From: Candidatus Thorarchaeota archaeon
GTDB lineage: Archaea > Asgardarchaeota > Thorarchaeia > Thorarchaeales > Thorarchaeaceae
Direction: 5' to 3'
Length of the DNA stretch: 64,000 nt
Assembly: GCA_019057475.1 (NCBI GenBank)
Contig: DXJO01000020.1
Location: 1 to 64,000 of the forward strand
In this document: piece after piece, positions 1-10,618 of the stretch
How positions within the stretch are numbered: position 1 is the first letter of the stretch
How the letters are laid out: every line of letters begins with the position of its first letter
The notes under the pieces: model-generated
Databases searched by the model: none
What the model was told of the DNA's origin: nothing
What the model saw: only the letters and a program-made list of their open reading frames with translations
Made by a program: the position numbers and the translations under genes

Positions 1-206
1 AAGTCATAGTGGTGGATGACTGCCATATCATAGGCCTGGTCGTACGACAGGGTCATGGTTTATCAATGGCAGTCCCACCCCTCCCTCTCCTTGTACCCGA
101 GTATTACACAACTTATGCAACAGAGCCCTTGTGGCTCGCATCAACTGGCTTCAATCTAATAGAAGATTCAACGTATTCCGTTTCATGTCAACGTCTTAAG
201 TTGATA

Positions 207-836
207 TCAATGGTAACGTCCGCGCTCTCGAATCTCATCTGCTCTTGAGAGGACTGCCTCTGCATCATCACCTGATATTTCGACATAACCCTCCATTGTG
301 GATTCCAGCATAATTTCTTGGAGGGCCCAATGTGTGGTTTCGTATGCACGCCGGAGAAGATGCATATCAACACCCTTCATCTCAATAGTGGCATTCTTCT
401 CTGCTAATCCAAAGTCTACAAGCCACATTTTGGATTGCATATCAACGACTGCATTGCTTGTTGTCGGATCCCCATGAACTATGTCGCTCATATGCATAAT
501 ACCAAGCAGTTTTCCGAATTCGTGGCAGAGCGTGGTAATTCTCTTCTTGCTCGAGGTATTAACGAGCTGTTTGAACTGCTGACCCTCGATGAAGTCCATT
601 AGAATTGAATGATTGCTGATGTCAATAGAGTGCACAGCTGGAGTAGGGACTCCCAGTGCGCGTACAAAGGTCAGCATCTTGCACTCCCTACTGGTTCGGG
701 ATGTTCTAAGCAGCTTGTCTATCTTATTGTGTACATAGGGCTTACTGTGTCGCCACTTAAGTGCAAGAGTCATGCCCCAGTATTCAACTATGTAAATCGC
801 AGATTCAGCCCCAAGTGTCAGCAACTGTTTCTTCAG
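207..836 (-). CDS. bud32: KEOPS complex kinase/ATPase Bud32
   Basis: GAESAIY, ALKWR, HGDPTTSN, LVDFGLA and C-terminal RGRY motifs; directly downstream of kae1. Start extended to CTG at 836 (CTGA overlap with the kae1 stop, GGAGGAG 6 nt upstream); ORF track uses TTG at 824. Confidence 0.93.
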   Translation of the reverse strand: MKKQLLTLGAESAIYIVEYWGMTLALKWRHSKPYVHNKIDKLLRTSRTSRECKMLTFVRALGVPTPAVHSIDISNHSILMDFIEGQQFKQLVNTSSKKRITTLCHEFGKLLGIMHMSDIVHGDPTTSNAVVDMQSKMWLVDFGLAEKNATIEMKGVDMHLLRRAYETTHWALQEIMLESTMEGYVEISGDDAEAVLSRADEIRERGRYH

Positions 837-1828
837 AATCTGCTCCTCCAGAGTATGTCCTGTTCATCCGTGCGCCACTTGGGCATCACATGCGAGTCAG
901 ATATAGGAAGTTCATCTCCAGCTTGATGCTGGAGAATGCCCGTCCAAGCAATCATTGCTCCTTGATCACCGGCAAGCGGTGGTGAAACTCTGTGAAAGCT
1001 GGCGCCATGACGTTCTGCTACACCTTCGAGAATTTCAGTAAGTCTGTTGTTGCAGGCCACTCCACCAGTAAGAAGAATTTCGTTCTTCTTCGTGTGAGCA
1101 ACTGCACGTTCTGCAACCTCAGCAAGCATCCCGAATGCCGTTTCTTGAATGCTGAAACATATGTCAGCAACAGGGACTCCTTCTAAATGGAGTTTCTTGG
1201 CGGCAGTCAACATCCCTGAATAGCTTAAGTCCATACCCTTGACCGAATAAGGAAGTTGGTAATACTCAACCCCGTCGGCAGCCGCATGTTCGATGGATGG
1301 GCCAGCGGGGAAACTCATGCCAATTGTACGACCGAAGACATCTAGCATATTGCCTAATGCCATGTCGAGCGTTTCGCCGAATGTTCTAAAACGTCCACCG
1401 GCAAAAGCTATGACTTGTGTATTTCCCCCCGACACGTATATTGTTACGGGGTCTTCAAATCCCGACTCAAGACAACCTATCTCAATGTGTGCTACACAGT
1501 GATTCACGCCGACAAGTGGAACTGTTAGTTTCTGTGCTAGCGTGCGTGCCATTGTTGCGGTGGTTCGCAGACAAGGTCCAAGTCCAGGACCTCTTGAGAA
1601 AGCAACAAGCTGAATATCGCTGTGACTGACTCCCGCATCCTTCAATGAACGCTTAATTATTCCGGGCCCTACGTCAGAATGATGGCGACTGGCCTCGCGT
1701 GGATGAATTCCTCCCTCAACAGGTGACAACATATGCCATATGTTGGAGAGAACTTTGCCCTCGCTGGAAACGACACCGGCTCCAAACGAATGTGCAGTTC
1801 CCTCCAATCCCAAGCATAGTAAGGACAT
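833..1828 (-). CDS. kae1: tRNA N6-threonylcarbamoyltransferase Kae1 (KEOPS)
   Basis: LGLEGTAH, GGIHPREA, GPGLGPCLR, VNHCVAHIE, YVSGGNTQ and GGVACN motifs. Confidence 0.97.
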   Translation of the reverse strand: MSLLCLGLEGTAHSFGAGVVSSEGKVLSNIWHMLSPVEGGIHPREASRHHSDVGPGIIKRSLKDAGVSHSDIQLVAFSRGPGLGPCLRTTATMARTLAQKLTVPLVGVNHCVAHIEIGCLESGFEDPVTIYVSGGNTQVIAFAGGRFRTFGETLDMALGNMLDVFGRTIGMSFPAGPSIEHAAADGVEYYQLPYSVKGMDLSYSGMLTAAKKLHLEGVPVADICFSIQETAFGMLAEVAERAVAHTKKNEILLTGGVACNNRLTEILEGVAERHGASFHRVSPPLAGDQGAMIAWTGILQHQAGDELPISDSHVMPKWRTDEQDILWRSRF

Positions 1829-1969
1829 GATCGTTCATTTCCACAAATGACTGTTCTTCGGGTAATTCCTAGTGTGAAATAGTCAGGCAAATACTCTTTC
1901 GTTGCAACTGTTCCACCTTCTGAGAGCAAAGGGTTTATAATCGCCGCTCAGGGCACCCCCAATGAGGAA

Positions 1970-2206
1970 GTGCTAGTGTCCACAGAAAATAGCCCAATTA
2001 AGGCTCTGGAGCAACGCCTTAGCGACATGGTTTCAATCAAACTCAAAGACGAGCGCATCTTCCGCGGACGCCTTACAAGGTGTGATCAGTATATGAATCT
2101 GACACTTGGAGATGCCGAGGAGCTTGAGAATGACGAAACGAAAGCGAAATACGGGTCAATTCTGATTAGAGGAAACAACATCCTTTGGATTCAAATTCCT
2201 GAGTGA
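1970..2206 (+). CDS. Sm-like (Lsm/SmAP) RNA-binding protein
   Basis: Sm1 (GRLTRCDQYMNLTLGDAEE) and Sm2 (ILIRGNNI) motifs, 78 aa. Confidence 0.93.
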   Translation: MLVSTENSPIKALEQRLSDMVSIKLKDERIFRGRLTRCDQYMNLTLGDAEELENDETKAKYGSILIRGNNILWIQIPE

Positions 2207-2226
2207 GTAGGTTACACGCTCAGTGA

Positions 2227-4257
2227 CTAGCGCTCAGTTTCGCGCCTGTACTTTTCAACTATAGCCACAAGGCGGTCTTCACCTTTTATCCGCGCTTGTT
2301 CTTGAACGCGTTTCATGAATTCTTGGAACTGGTGCTCGAATTTCTTTTTGTTAACGAAAGCAAACTCATCTACTCTCTTCAGCTCGACTTCTTTCGCATC
2401 AATGACTGGTATTAGAGCGTCAACAAGCTCCGCCCTTGCAAGATGAGAAAGGGGCGTGTCAATGATGATTGCTCGAATCTCGCGGTCAATCAGCATTCGT
2501 GCAGTAGTTGGTCCACCCCCGCTCGCGTCTTCAAAGAGGATTATGTCGCCGTGTTTCAGGGTAGCAACCTTACTAGTGTACTCCTCGATGGATTCTTGCG
2601 TAAACTTCTCAAGGGCTTTCACTGCCAGCATATCACCACGCATCTCGAGATGCTTGACGCCCCTAAGCTGCGTCAAACGGCTTCGAAGATTCCGCAGTTG
2701 TTTGCGGAGTGTTTCAGTATCTCGTTGAGACTGCTTCAATTCTGACTGCTTCTTAACTACCTCACGGTCGCGTTTGATATTCCAGTGATTCTTCTGAGTG
2801 ACTATATCAAGGCTGTATGTCAACTCGCTCTCTCTGAACTTCAAGAACTCGACTAGGCGCTCTAGATCCTCTACTCTATCTTCAAAAAGCCTGTTCTCTG
2901 CTCGAAGAGCATCTAGCTTGGAACGAATTGTATCAAACCGTTCCTGAGTTAATTCTTCTTCAGGGACATCAGGTTCAGGTTCGATATCGATTGTCTCTGA
3001 TTCCTCTTGAATCAGACTTGAGATAGCCTCATTCATAGACATGCCCTTGAGAATCAAGGCTTTGAGATGAGATTGGTCGACAGCAATCTGCTCCTCGCGC
3101 ACCTTATGCTCTATTTGCTGAAACTTTGGCAGCATGCTCCTGTATGCGTAAACTGCAGCAGTCAATGCGTCACGTTCGTGCGCATTTCTGATTCGAACAT
3201 CGGATAACTCTCGTGCTAGCTCCTGCTTATCTGCTACAGGAATCGGTCGGCTAGGAGCGTATATCTTAGCGTTCACTGTCTTGCCAATCTTTTCGACAAA
3301 GTGAGGAATGCGAGGGACATCTGTAGCCACCATCACTGGGATTCCGTGTTCATACACCAAGCGTATGATGTCAGCCCTGGTGAAACTCTTCCTACTCTTA
3401 AGAAGGTGGACGCGACCATCGAGTGACAAAAGGCAAATTGCGGCGGTCGTACCTGGATCGATGCCCAAGATGAAGAATCTAGGTTGAAGTTGGGTAGAAA
3501 TAGGACCAGACTCTAGTGGAACGAATTCGGTCCGTTTTCTCACAGGTGAAATTATGACATTAAAATCCCCCCCGCGCTTGCGCTCAACAAGGCGATTAAT
3601 AGCTGGCAAGGGAGCATACGCGACTATTCGGGAACTGGCATAACCGAAGTCTGAGCGTCGGATATCAATATCGTACTCGATGCCTGCTGTCTTGAGTTGG
3701 GATTCAATAAAACGGGTCATTTGTTGGACCTCAGAGTGGATTTTCCTGCGGTATCGATTCGCACTCTGCCCCCCTTTGCCCATCTTCCGTCCGCGTGTCA
3801 CCTTGATTTCTGTTTGTTCGCCAAAGCACTCTAAGCTGTGTCCGACTCCTAGCCACGCAAGATGTGCTGCAAGCCGGGCGGATTCGAGTGGAGTTGGCTT
3901 CCCGCGAATACTGAGTCCATGTCGCTTGGCAAGTCTCTTGAGCGCAACTTGACGTGGAGGAACGCCCGTAACCTGAACAAGACGAGTTTCATGAGGCAAT
4001 TTTTCAACCAACTTGAACAAGGATTTGCTGTCAGGTATTATCTCGAAAATGTTGTCTGTGCAGAGCCACTTGGGGCTAATCTCCCGGGTTAGCTTCAACA
4101 AGTTAGTGCGTGATATCTCCGGGTATTCGCTCAATATTGCTCCATTTCTCATTGTCACACAGGCAAACTTTGGAGCTGTCTTCGAGCGAGGACTCTTGGA
4201 GGGAAGTATGTCGAACCCCATTACGAAAACGCTGTCATCGCCCATGAGGCTTAGCAC
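2227..4257 (-). CDS. DUF460/COG2433 family protein (RNase H-like domain plus long coiled coil)
   Basis: GGQSANRYRR, ILGIDPGTT and HERDALTAA motifs; C-terminal coiled coil. Confidence 0.85.
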   Translation of the reverse strand: MLSLMGDDSVFVMGFDILPSKSPRSKTAPKFACVTMRNGAILSEYPEISRTNLLKLTREISPKWLCTDNIFEIIPDSKSLFKLVEKLPHETRLVQVTGVPPRQVALKRLAKRHGLSIRGKPTPLESARLAAHLAWLGVGHSLECFGEQTEIKVTRGRKMGKGGQSANRYRRKIHSEVQQMTRFIESQLKTAGIEYDIDIRRSDFGYASSRIVAYAPLPAINRLVERKRGGDFNVIISPVRKRTEFVPLESGPISTQLQPRFFILGIDPGTTAAICLLSLDGRVHLLKSRKSFTRADIIRLVYEHGIPVMVATDVPRIPHFVEKIGKTVNAKIYAPSRPIPVADKQELARELSDVRIRNAHERDALTAAVYAYRSMLPKFQQIEHKVREEQIAVDQSHLKALILKGMSMNEAISSLIQEESETIDIEPEPDVPEEELTQERFDTIRSKLDALRAENRLFEDRVEDLERLVEFLKFRESELTYSLDIVTQKNHWNIKRDREVVKKQSELKQSQRDTETLRKQLRNLRSRLTQLRGVKHLEMRGDMLAVKALEKFTQESIEEYTSKVATLKHGDIILFEDASGGGPTTARMLIDREIRAIIIDTPLSHLARAELVDALIPVIDAKEVELKRVDEFAFVNKKKFEHQFQEFMKRVQEQARIKGEDRLVAIVEKYRRETER

Positions 4258-4556
4258 TCAGAATATCCTTCTTGAGGTTTGGCTATAAGAGTTGACATCG
4301 ATTCAAGACCGTACGAATCAATCCAAACAGATGATGGCGAATGAAACCTCTGCTCGCATTGTATGTCTATTGGATGTGCATGGTAGATGCAACACTGGGC
4401 AGGGGACAGATGGAATACAGAGGATGCGAGTAGTTGAGTTCGTTCAAATGCTGAAATGATAGGCATTATAATAAGCGAGTGTTTTAATGAGCCCGTATCA
4501 ATACAATTATTAAAGACACGATTAAGAAATGTGCCAATTCAACTGAGGTGTAACAA

Positions 4557-4835
4557 CTGTCAGAATCACTAGAGATAAGCAATGACCACGAGATACTACG
4601 CATTGGACGTGCCCTTTCATCAGGCACTCGCCTGAAAATACTAAAGCTCCTGCTTCAGGGAGAAAAAGACGTTACACGGGTTGCTAGGCATCTTGGCGGA
4701 ACGGAGGCCAATGCCAGTGCACAGATTAAGATCCTGCAAGAGGCAGGTCTACTTTCGTGCAGGTACGAACCCGGTCAGCATGGTTTGAGGAAAATTTCAA
4801 GAACCAAGATTAATCGCATCCTTATCGATTTGTAA
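4557..4835 (+). CDS. ArsR-family winged-helix regulator (CTG start, absent from ORF track)
   Basis: Manual translation MSESLEISNDHEILRIGRALSSGTRLKILKLLLQGEKDVTRVARHLGGTEANASAQIKILQEAGLLSCRYEPGQHGLRKISRTKINRILIDL; GAGGTG SD 6 nt before CTG; in-frame TAA at 4551 upstream. Confidence 0.85.
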   Translation: MSESLEISNDHEILRIGRALSSGTRLKILKLLLQGEKDVTRVARHLGGTEANASAQIKILQEAGLLSCRYEPGQHGLRKISRTKINRILIDL

Positions 4836-4861
4836 CTACTGGCGGATCAAAGCTGGACATG

Positions 4862-5461
4862 TCATGTGCTCAGTGCTGCTTTCCAGCGGCGAATGCGCGT
4901 TAGTATGTTATCACGTTCCTCTGGACGGATGGTTCTCTTTTCTCGTGCCTTCAGAAATTTCAACACAATATCCATATCACTCGCCACTTTATTGAGTGAT
5001 GTTTCATCGCTGAATAGATAGTCTTTGGCTGCTTGGAGATATTCAGCTAGGACTTCTGCAGGTGCCTCACCGGTACGCAGCTCGTGCGTGATTGGATCCA
5101 AGACACGTGCAACACGAGCATCTGAGATTGGTGGATGCTTTTCGGAATTTGACTCTCCGGTTTCTGGTGTATCGATAACTGCAGAAACAATTGTAGGCGA
5201 AGTGGGTTTTTCAGTACGCTCCTCCACAGATTGATCAAGCGATGATGTGTCAGGGGAAGGGGGCGTCAAGGGAGCGATTGGCGCCTTTGGTTTCTTAACT
5301 TCAGTGAACAATTGAACTGCTGAGGAGGTTGTACCAACAAGCTCGTCATCGATAAGATTCAAACGGCGTCGCAATTCACGAAGCTGGTCGAACATCTCGA
5401 CCATTCCGGCCTGCAACGAGTCGATTAGTCGACGGATTTCATCTCTGTCTTCATCAGCCAC
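4862..5461 (-). CDS. Hypothetical protein: N-terminal coiled coil, P/S/T-rich linker, helical C-terminal domain
   Basis: 199 aa ORF co-oriented downstream of herA, plausible modular composition. Confidence 0.7.
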   Translation of the reverse strand: MADEDRDEIRRLIDSLQAGMVEMFDQLRELRRRLNLIDDELVGTTSSAVQLFTEVKKPKAPIAPLTPPSPDTSSLDQSVEERTEKPTSPTIVSAVIDTPETGESNSEKHPPISDARVARVLDPITHELRTGEAPAEVLAEYLQAAKDYLFSDETSLNKVASDMDIVLKFLKAREKRTIRPEERDNILTRIRRWKAALST

Positions 5462-5534
5462 TTAGGTTGCACTCCCAATATTCGCAATCACAGTTTATCC
5501 GGCATGACACTCCAAAAAAGGTTTTTCCGGACTT

Positions 5535-7058
5535 CTATCTGTCCGCCTTCTTGATTGCGCGAAGCAAGTCGTGTGTGGACTCGCGCGGCTCGAAATGGCG
5601 TTTGCGAACCTTCACGAAAGTGGGGACAGAAACGGTTTCACCCACAAATAGAGCTTCTCCAACTTCAAGCGTTGTGATTGCCTCCAATGATGGACGGTCA
5701 ATGCCTTCACTACTTCGACCAATGTGTTCAAGGTCATAGGGATTGGTGCATCTGAGTATTGCCTGATTGGTGCATTGACTCAAGACTGTGGTCGATAGCT
5801 TCACCGGGCGCTGTGAAATCAAGCACAACATTGCAAAGAACTTTCGTCCTTCGCGTGCTATTGTTTCGATCCGTGTCTTTGGAAGTGCAAGTTCATGTCG
5901 GCTTTCAGGGCAGAATTGATGAGCTTCCTCGAGAACCAACAGAAATGGCGGTATCCTCCCTTGTCGTCTCAAATAGAGAAGTTCGCTAGCAAGATGTGAA
6001 ACGATAATCTGCTTCTTCTTAAGCGAAACAAAGTCGCTCAAATCAATAATGGTAAGCTTGCCAGGCCGAATGATTTCCATTAGATCTGGTACTGACTCTC
6101 GCCCGAAGAGACCGGTGTCATCTAGACCAACTAGCCAGCTTACCAACGCATCACGAGTGTTCTTGCTAATCGTTTCATCATCCTTCACATGAGTGATGAG
6201 TTCTCGAAGAGTGTAGCCACTATCCGAACTTTCTCTCATTTCCGAAACAACCCGTCGTAAATCACGGACCTGAACTGCGCTCATGTCAGCCACGAGTGAC
6301 CTCAACGCTTCAGCAGACAGGTTCTGGGCAGGAATCTGGATATGTGACGCACGGATGTGTTCAACCTCAAACTGAGCGTCTGGCACGCTCAAGTCGTTTG
6401 CCGTTATGTCCTTCAAGTATTCGTACTCGCCGTGAACATCAACGATTACTACAGCAAGACGACCGTTATCCTTCGTACGTGAGAGTATCTCCTCAAGAAG
6501 CACTGATACGAAGTACGATTTGCCGGCGCCACTCATTGCCAAGATTGCCAGATGCTTCGACAGGAGTCTATCGAGCGATGGAGTGAATTCAAGTTCGTGG
6601 TGGCCAAGGTGGCCCAGTCTAAGACCGCTTTTCGTATCAAGCCTCAGGAAGGCAGAAAGTATCGCCTCATCAACCCTTCGGACCACAGCTCCCGGCGAAA
6701 CCGTGAAGTATGGTCTGACCGTTCGGTTACCAGTCCAAAACCCCAGAACACGTGCTTCTGCAACTGTATATTGCCAGCGATCTGTGGGGAATATCGAACG
6801 CAGAGGTTCGCCTCGCGATTGATACTCTTTCACAGCCTCGGCATGCTGATAGTAACGATTTATTTTCACAATGTTCTGAACTCTTGCGATAATTGTTCCA
6901 TTCTCTGTCACAACAGAAACAAACTCCCCTCGTCGAACCACAATCTCATTGGAGCTACCCTCTGTCACGAATGAGAACTCTAGGACATTCGGGCCATCTC
7001 CTGTGCAAACAACTGTTCCCAGTCTACTTGATTGATAATCTTCTTTCAACACATTCAT
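5535..7058 (-). CDS. herA: DNA end-resection helicase HerA
   Basis: N-terminal HAS-barrel region, HLAILAMSGAGKS, LVLEEAH, IAREGRKF, ISQRP. Confidence 0.93.
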   Translation of the reverse strand: MNVLKEDYQSSRLGTVVCTGDGPNVLEFSFVTEGSSNEIVVRRGEFVSVVTENGTIIARVQNIVKINRYYQHAEAVKEYQSRGEPLRSIFPTDRWQYTVAEARVLGFWTGNRTVRPYFTVSPGAVVRRVDEAILSAFLRLDTKSGLRLGHLGHHELEFTPSLDRLLSKHLAILAMSGAGKSYFVSVLLEEILSRTKDNGRLAVVIVDVHGEYEYLKDITANDLSVPDAQFEVEHIRASHIQIPAQNLSAEALRSLVADMSAVQVRDLRRVVSEMRESSDSGYTLRELITHVKDDETISKNTRDALVSWLVGLDDTGLFGRESVPDLMEIIRPGKLTIIDLSDFVSLKKKQIIVSHLASELLYLRRQGRIPPFLLVLEEAHQFCPESRHELALPKTRIETIAREGRKFFAMLCLISQRPVKLSTTVLSQCTNQAILRCTNPYDLEHIGRSSEGIDRPSLEAITTLEVGEALFVGETVSVPTFVKVRKRHFEPRESTHDLLRAIKKADR

Positions 7059-8218
7059 CCTCCACTAAACGGATTTCTAGACCGTCTCTTTTCGAGAGCT
7101 GTGTATGTAAGTCCTGATAATGCCATTAAACGATCTATAATCAACTGAGCTTCGTGGCCTGTAATCCGTGCTCGTGCGTCAGCCTCTAGGATCGGAGTGG
7201 GAATGCCATACTCGGGATGCTGCCAAGACAGAGGAAGAATCGCTGAAAGTGCCCTATCCAATTCCTTGGCGTCTTTGCTGTCTTGGTCCATGAGGACCTC
7301 AATCCTCAATGGTAAATCATCCCGGGCCGTCTTGAGATATGTGACCCAAATCGATGATGACCAAATGGCTAGCTCATCACTCGCCGAATTCACATTATGT
7401 GTTAGTTCTGACGAGTACCTGAAAGCAAAGGTTCTTTCACCCGGCTCCAGGAACGTATCAAGGAGGTCACAGTCCCTCGAGACCTTGAGAAGCCAACGAT
7501 AGTCGACGTCTTGCATGAGTTCGAAGATAGACGAATCCCGAATAATGTGTGGGAGCACCTCGCCTAGTACTTGGACCATCCGCGTGGAGCGGCTGTCTTT
7601 CACTATCCCGACTAGAGTTGTTCTCTTCTTTCGGGACTTGTGATACAGCTGCCTGTAGAGAGCCATAACTTCCTGGAACTTCGCAAACGCGGTCGATCCA
7701 CGCTGTGGACGATCTCTCGGATGATAAAAGAGACTTCCGTCAACAAGAATAAGATCTGTGTGGAATTCGTCGAGCACGGAGATTGTTGCTTCAAGCTCAG
7801 TCGCAACTCGTTCAAGAGAGGCTAGCTGGTCCAGCTCAAGGCTTGGCAGTGCGAGTAGCACAGGTGTGACTTTTGGCTCTGGAAAGGCTTCGGGGTAAAA
7901 CTCCACAACAGGACCGTCTTCGCGTCCGAACTGGAATATGACTGCAACTGCGCGAGTGAGGAGAATATCCATTGATCTGAAACGCTTCCGGACCAACCCG
8001 CCATCAATTCCAGCAATTCTGAGACCGGAGAGGCTTGTTGCTTCTAGCTTCGTCAGCAGAGAGGTTTCCATTGTATCAGTTACTATTGCGGGAAACCTTG
8101 AGAGGTCTATGTCTCCCTTTATCTTCTTCATGACCGCACCGAATCTGTTGCGGGCGGTTTCGACCCGATCTATCTCTTCAACAAGCTTGGATAGAGCGTG
8201 GTCGAGCCGTTTGTCCAC
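7055..8218 (-). CDS. nurA: NurA 5'-3' nuclease
   Basis: IAGIDGG, ILVDGSL, GIVKDS, YGIPTPILEAD; ATGA overlap with herA. Confidence 0.92.
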   Translation of the reverse strand: MDKRLDHALSKLVEEIDRVETARNRFGAVMKKIKGDIDLSRFPAIVTDTMETSLLTKLEATSLSGLRIAGIDGGLVRKRFRSMDILLTRAVAVIFQFGREDGPVVEFYPEAFPEPKVTPVLLALPSLELDQLASLERVATELEATISVLDEFHTDLILVDGSLFYHPRDRPQRGSTAFAKFQEVMALYRQLYHKSRKKRTTLVGIVKDSRSTRMVQVLGEVLPHIIRDSSIFELMQDVDYRWLLKVSRDCDLLDTFLEPGERTFAFRYSSELTHNVNSASDELAIWSSSIWVTYLKTARDDLPLRIEVLMDQDSKDAKELDRALSAILPLSWQHPEYGIPTPILEADARARITGHEAQLIIDRLMALSGLTYTALEKRRSRNPFSGG

Positions 8219-9894
8219 TAAGTTTCCCTCTCTCTCTTATAGTCCAAAGCGGCCCTTATTAGCCCGGAATATAGAGGGTGTGGTGCGCCCGGTTGTGACT
8301 TGAATTCAGGATGGTATTGCACTCCAATCCAAAAGGGGTGATTTGTAAGTTCGATTGCATTGATTATTGTCCCTGTTGAGTCATATGCCGAAACAATCAA
8401 TCCGTTTTCAGCCATGCGATCCACATAACGTGAAATGAGGTGGTACCTATGCCTGAAGCGTTCCCTAACTTGATTGGTACTGTAGATGCTGTGCAGTTTG
8501 GTCCCCTCTACGATTCTCACTTCGTGGCCACATAGCCTCATGGTCCCTCCCTTGTCTTCGGTATTTTTTTGATCGTCCATCATATCTATTACCGGGTAGA
8601 GACAGTTGGGATCAACCTCTGTTGTATGAGCGCCTTCCCACCCCATTGTCGTTCTGGCGAAAGCAATCGATCCAAGCTGTGCCCCAAAGCAGATGCCTAG
8701 GAAGGGGATATTTGACGTAAATGAAATCGCTGCGGCATTAATCATTCCCTCAACCCCGCGAGAACCGAACCCGGGTGTAAGAAGAATGCCATCAGCTTCA
8801 CGAAGGGCCTCCGTAAGACTCAGTTTGTCACAGCTTTCCTCGGTTTCAATCCACTTGATTTGAACACCAACACCATACTTCGCGGCGGCGTGCGTCAATG
8901 CCTCATTGATGCTCTTGTACGAGTCGCTCAGAGTAGTGTATTTCCCAGGCATGGCAATTACTACGGTTTCCGTGATGTTCTCAAACGACTCCACTATCTC
9001 TGTCCATGAATCAGTTTCCAGAGTTCTTGATTCCATGCCAAGGTGGTCAGTAATAATATCACCAAGGCCATGTTCCTCAAAATGGAGAGGAAGTCGATAA
9101 ATAACAGGGATGTCTGGATTTGAAATAACTCGTTCTTCGGGTACATTACAAAACAATGCAATCTTCTGTCTTGCAGCGTCAGGCAGCTCTGACTCAGCCC
9201 TGCACACCACGATGTCCGGTTGCAGACCGAGTCCTTGGAGAGTCCTCACGCTATGCTGAGTGGGTTTTGTCTTGAACTCACCAACTGATGCCAGAAATGG
9301 CACCAGAGTCACGTGGACCAAGGCAACTCTGTTTCGGCCAACCTCACTAATGAATTGCCTGATTGCTTCTAAGAAGGGCATCGCCTCTATATCGCCAACA
9401 GTTCCGCCAATCTCAACAAGTAGAACGTCCGGGATTGGTTCTTGGTTGACAACCGCCAAGATTCTCGATTTGATTCTCTCAGTCACGTGCGGGATTATCT
9501 GCACTGTTCGCCCCAAGAAAGCTCCTTTTCGTTCCTCCAAGATGACTGAGATGTAAATTTGTCCGGAAGTTATATTCTGAAACGGATGGACCACAGTCCC
9601 AGTGAACCTCTCATACGTGCCGAAATCTTGATCAATCTCAGAGATTTTGAACGTGAAGTCATCAACTGGCTTGAATGTCCACGTCTGATCGGTAACGAAG
9701 ACTTCCCCGTGTTCAATGGGATTGAGTGTTCCTGGGTCGATATTGAGGTATGGATCAATCTTTACTATTCGTATTGTGTACCCTCGGAACTGGAATATCT
9801 TGGCAATCGATGCGGTTGTGACGCCTTTCCCGATTCCGGAGAGCACACCCCCTGTTACGAATACAAACCGAGTTTCTTTAGGGGCTGACTTCAA
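8218..9894 (-). CDS. pyrG: CTP synthase
   Basis: [52 protein letters not shown]. Start uncertain: TTG at 9894 chosen, ORF is open to 10023. Confidence 0.96.
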   Translation of the reverse strand: MKSAPKETRFVFVTGGVLSGIGKGVTTASIAKIFQFRGYTIRIVKIDPYLNIDPGTLNPIEHGEVFVTDQTWTFKPVDDFTFKISEIDQDFGTYERFTGTVVHPFQNITSGQIYISVILEERKGAFLGRTVQIIPHVTERIKSRILAVVNQEPIPDVLLVEIGGTVGDIEAMPFLEAIRQFISEVGRNRVALVHVTLVPFLASVGEFKTKPTQHSVRTLQGLGLQPDIVVCRAESELPDAARQKIALFCNVPEERVISNPDIPVIYRLPLHFEEHGLGDIITDHLGMESRTLETDSWTEIVESFENITETVVIAMPGKYTTLSDSYKSINEALTHAAAKYGVGVQIKWIETEESCDKLSLTEALREADGILLTPGFGSRGVEGMINAAAISFTSNIPFLGICFGAQLGSIAFARTTMGWEGAHTTEVDPNCLYPVIDMMDDQKNTEDKGGTMRLCGHEVRIVEGTKLHSIYSTNQVRERFRHRYHLISRYVDRMAENGLIVSAYDSTGTIINAIELTNHPFWIGVQYHPEFKSQPGAPHPLYSGLIRAALDYKRERET

Positions 9895-10019
9895 AGGGAC
9901 TGCCTCGACTGACCAAGTGCAAAGAGAGGTGGCTGTGCGGGTCCTTGATAGTGCAGCAGAAACCTTGGCTCGTATAAAGTAATCGCTAGAATTGACAACA
10001 TAACGGTAATTACAGGAAA

Positions 10020-10601
10020 TCATGAAACAGCTTGTGCTATGATGCTTGTACGCATAGATTGTTGAAACAGAAGCTGGAATGCCTCGATTACATTGAAGCC
10101 ACTCATGGCAACACTTCTGAATACCGGTACCGATAATGGAAGATTAAGATGTTCTCTGAGCCGCTCTTCATTGATTGCATCTGGCAGATCCTGCTTGTTG
10201 AGACAGACAACTATTGGAAGAGGATGTTCCTCTTCAATGATCATGGCCATCAACTCATTCCAGCTCTCAAGATTCTCATCAAGCAGATGCTCTTGAGAGT
10301 CTGCCACAAATACAACACCATCTGCGCCAACCAAAACAACCTCACGTGTTGATCTGTAGAAATCCTGACCGGTCGCGGACCAGATATGTGCATTGATAAT
10401 CCAGCTGTCACTCAGATTGCAGGGAATTGTTCCAAAATCGCAGAACATGGTTCTACCCAGCGTGTTCTCTATCGATGTAAGCTTCTCTGTAATGCCTAGC
10501 TCCGAAAAGAGCCATCTGATTGTTGTGGTCTTTCCACTCATGGCAGGGCCGAAAAACACTATTTTGAGCCCAATTGTCCGGTTGCCATAATCTATGATCA
10601 A
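10020..10601 (-). CDS. MglA-like small GTPase
   Basis: KIVFFGPAMSGKTT, GRTMFCDF (like MglA RTLFFDF), SATGQ replacing DxxGQ, GADGVVFVADSQ, NKQD; TTG start at 10601 with GGAGG SD. Confidence 0.9.
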   Translation of the reverse strand: MIIDYGNRTIGLKIVFFGPAMSGKTTTIRWLFSELGITEKLTSIENTLGRTMFCDFGTIPCNLSDSWIINAHIWSATGQDFYRSTREVVLVGADGVVFVADSQEHLLDENLESWNELMAMIIEEEHPLPIVVCLNKQDLPDAINEERLREHLNLPLSVPVFRSVAMSGFNVIEAFQLLFQQSMRTSIIAQAVS

Positions 10602-10618
10602 ATGACTATCCTCCCACT

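Noticed and set aside
1-56. Possible gene start on the minus strand (MTLSYDQAYDMAVIHHYD)
   Set aside because: Too short to support; truncated by the window edge
6744-6760. Palindrome-like CAGAACACGTGCTTCTG inside herA
   Set aside because: Needs a one-base insertion and lies in coding sequence; probably chance
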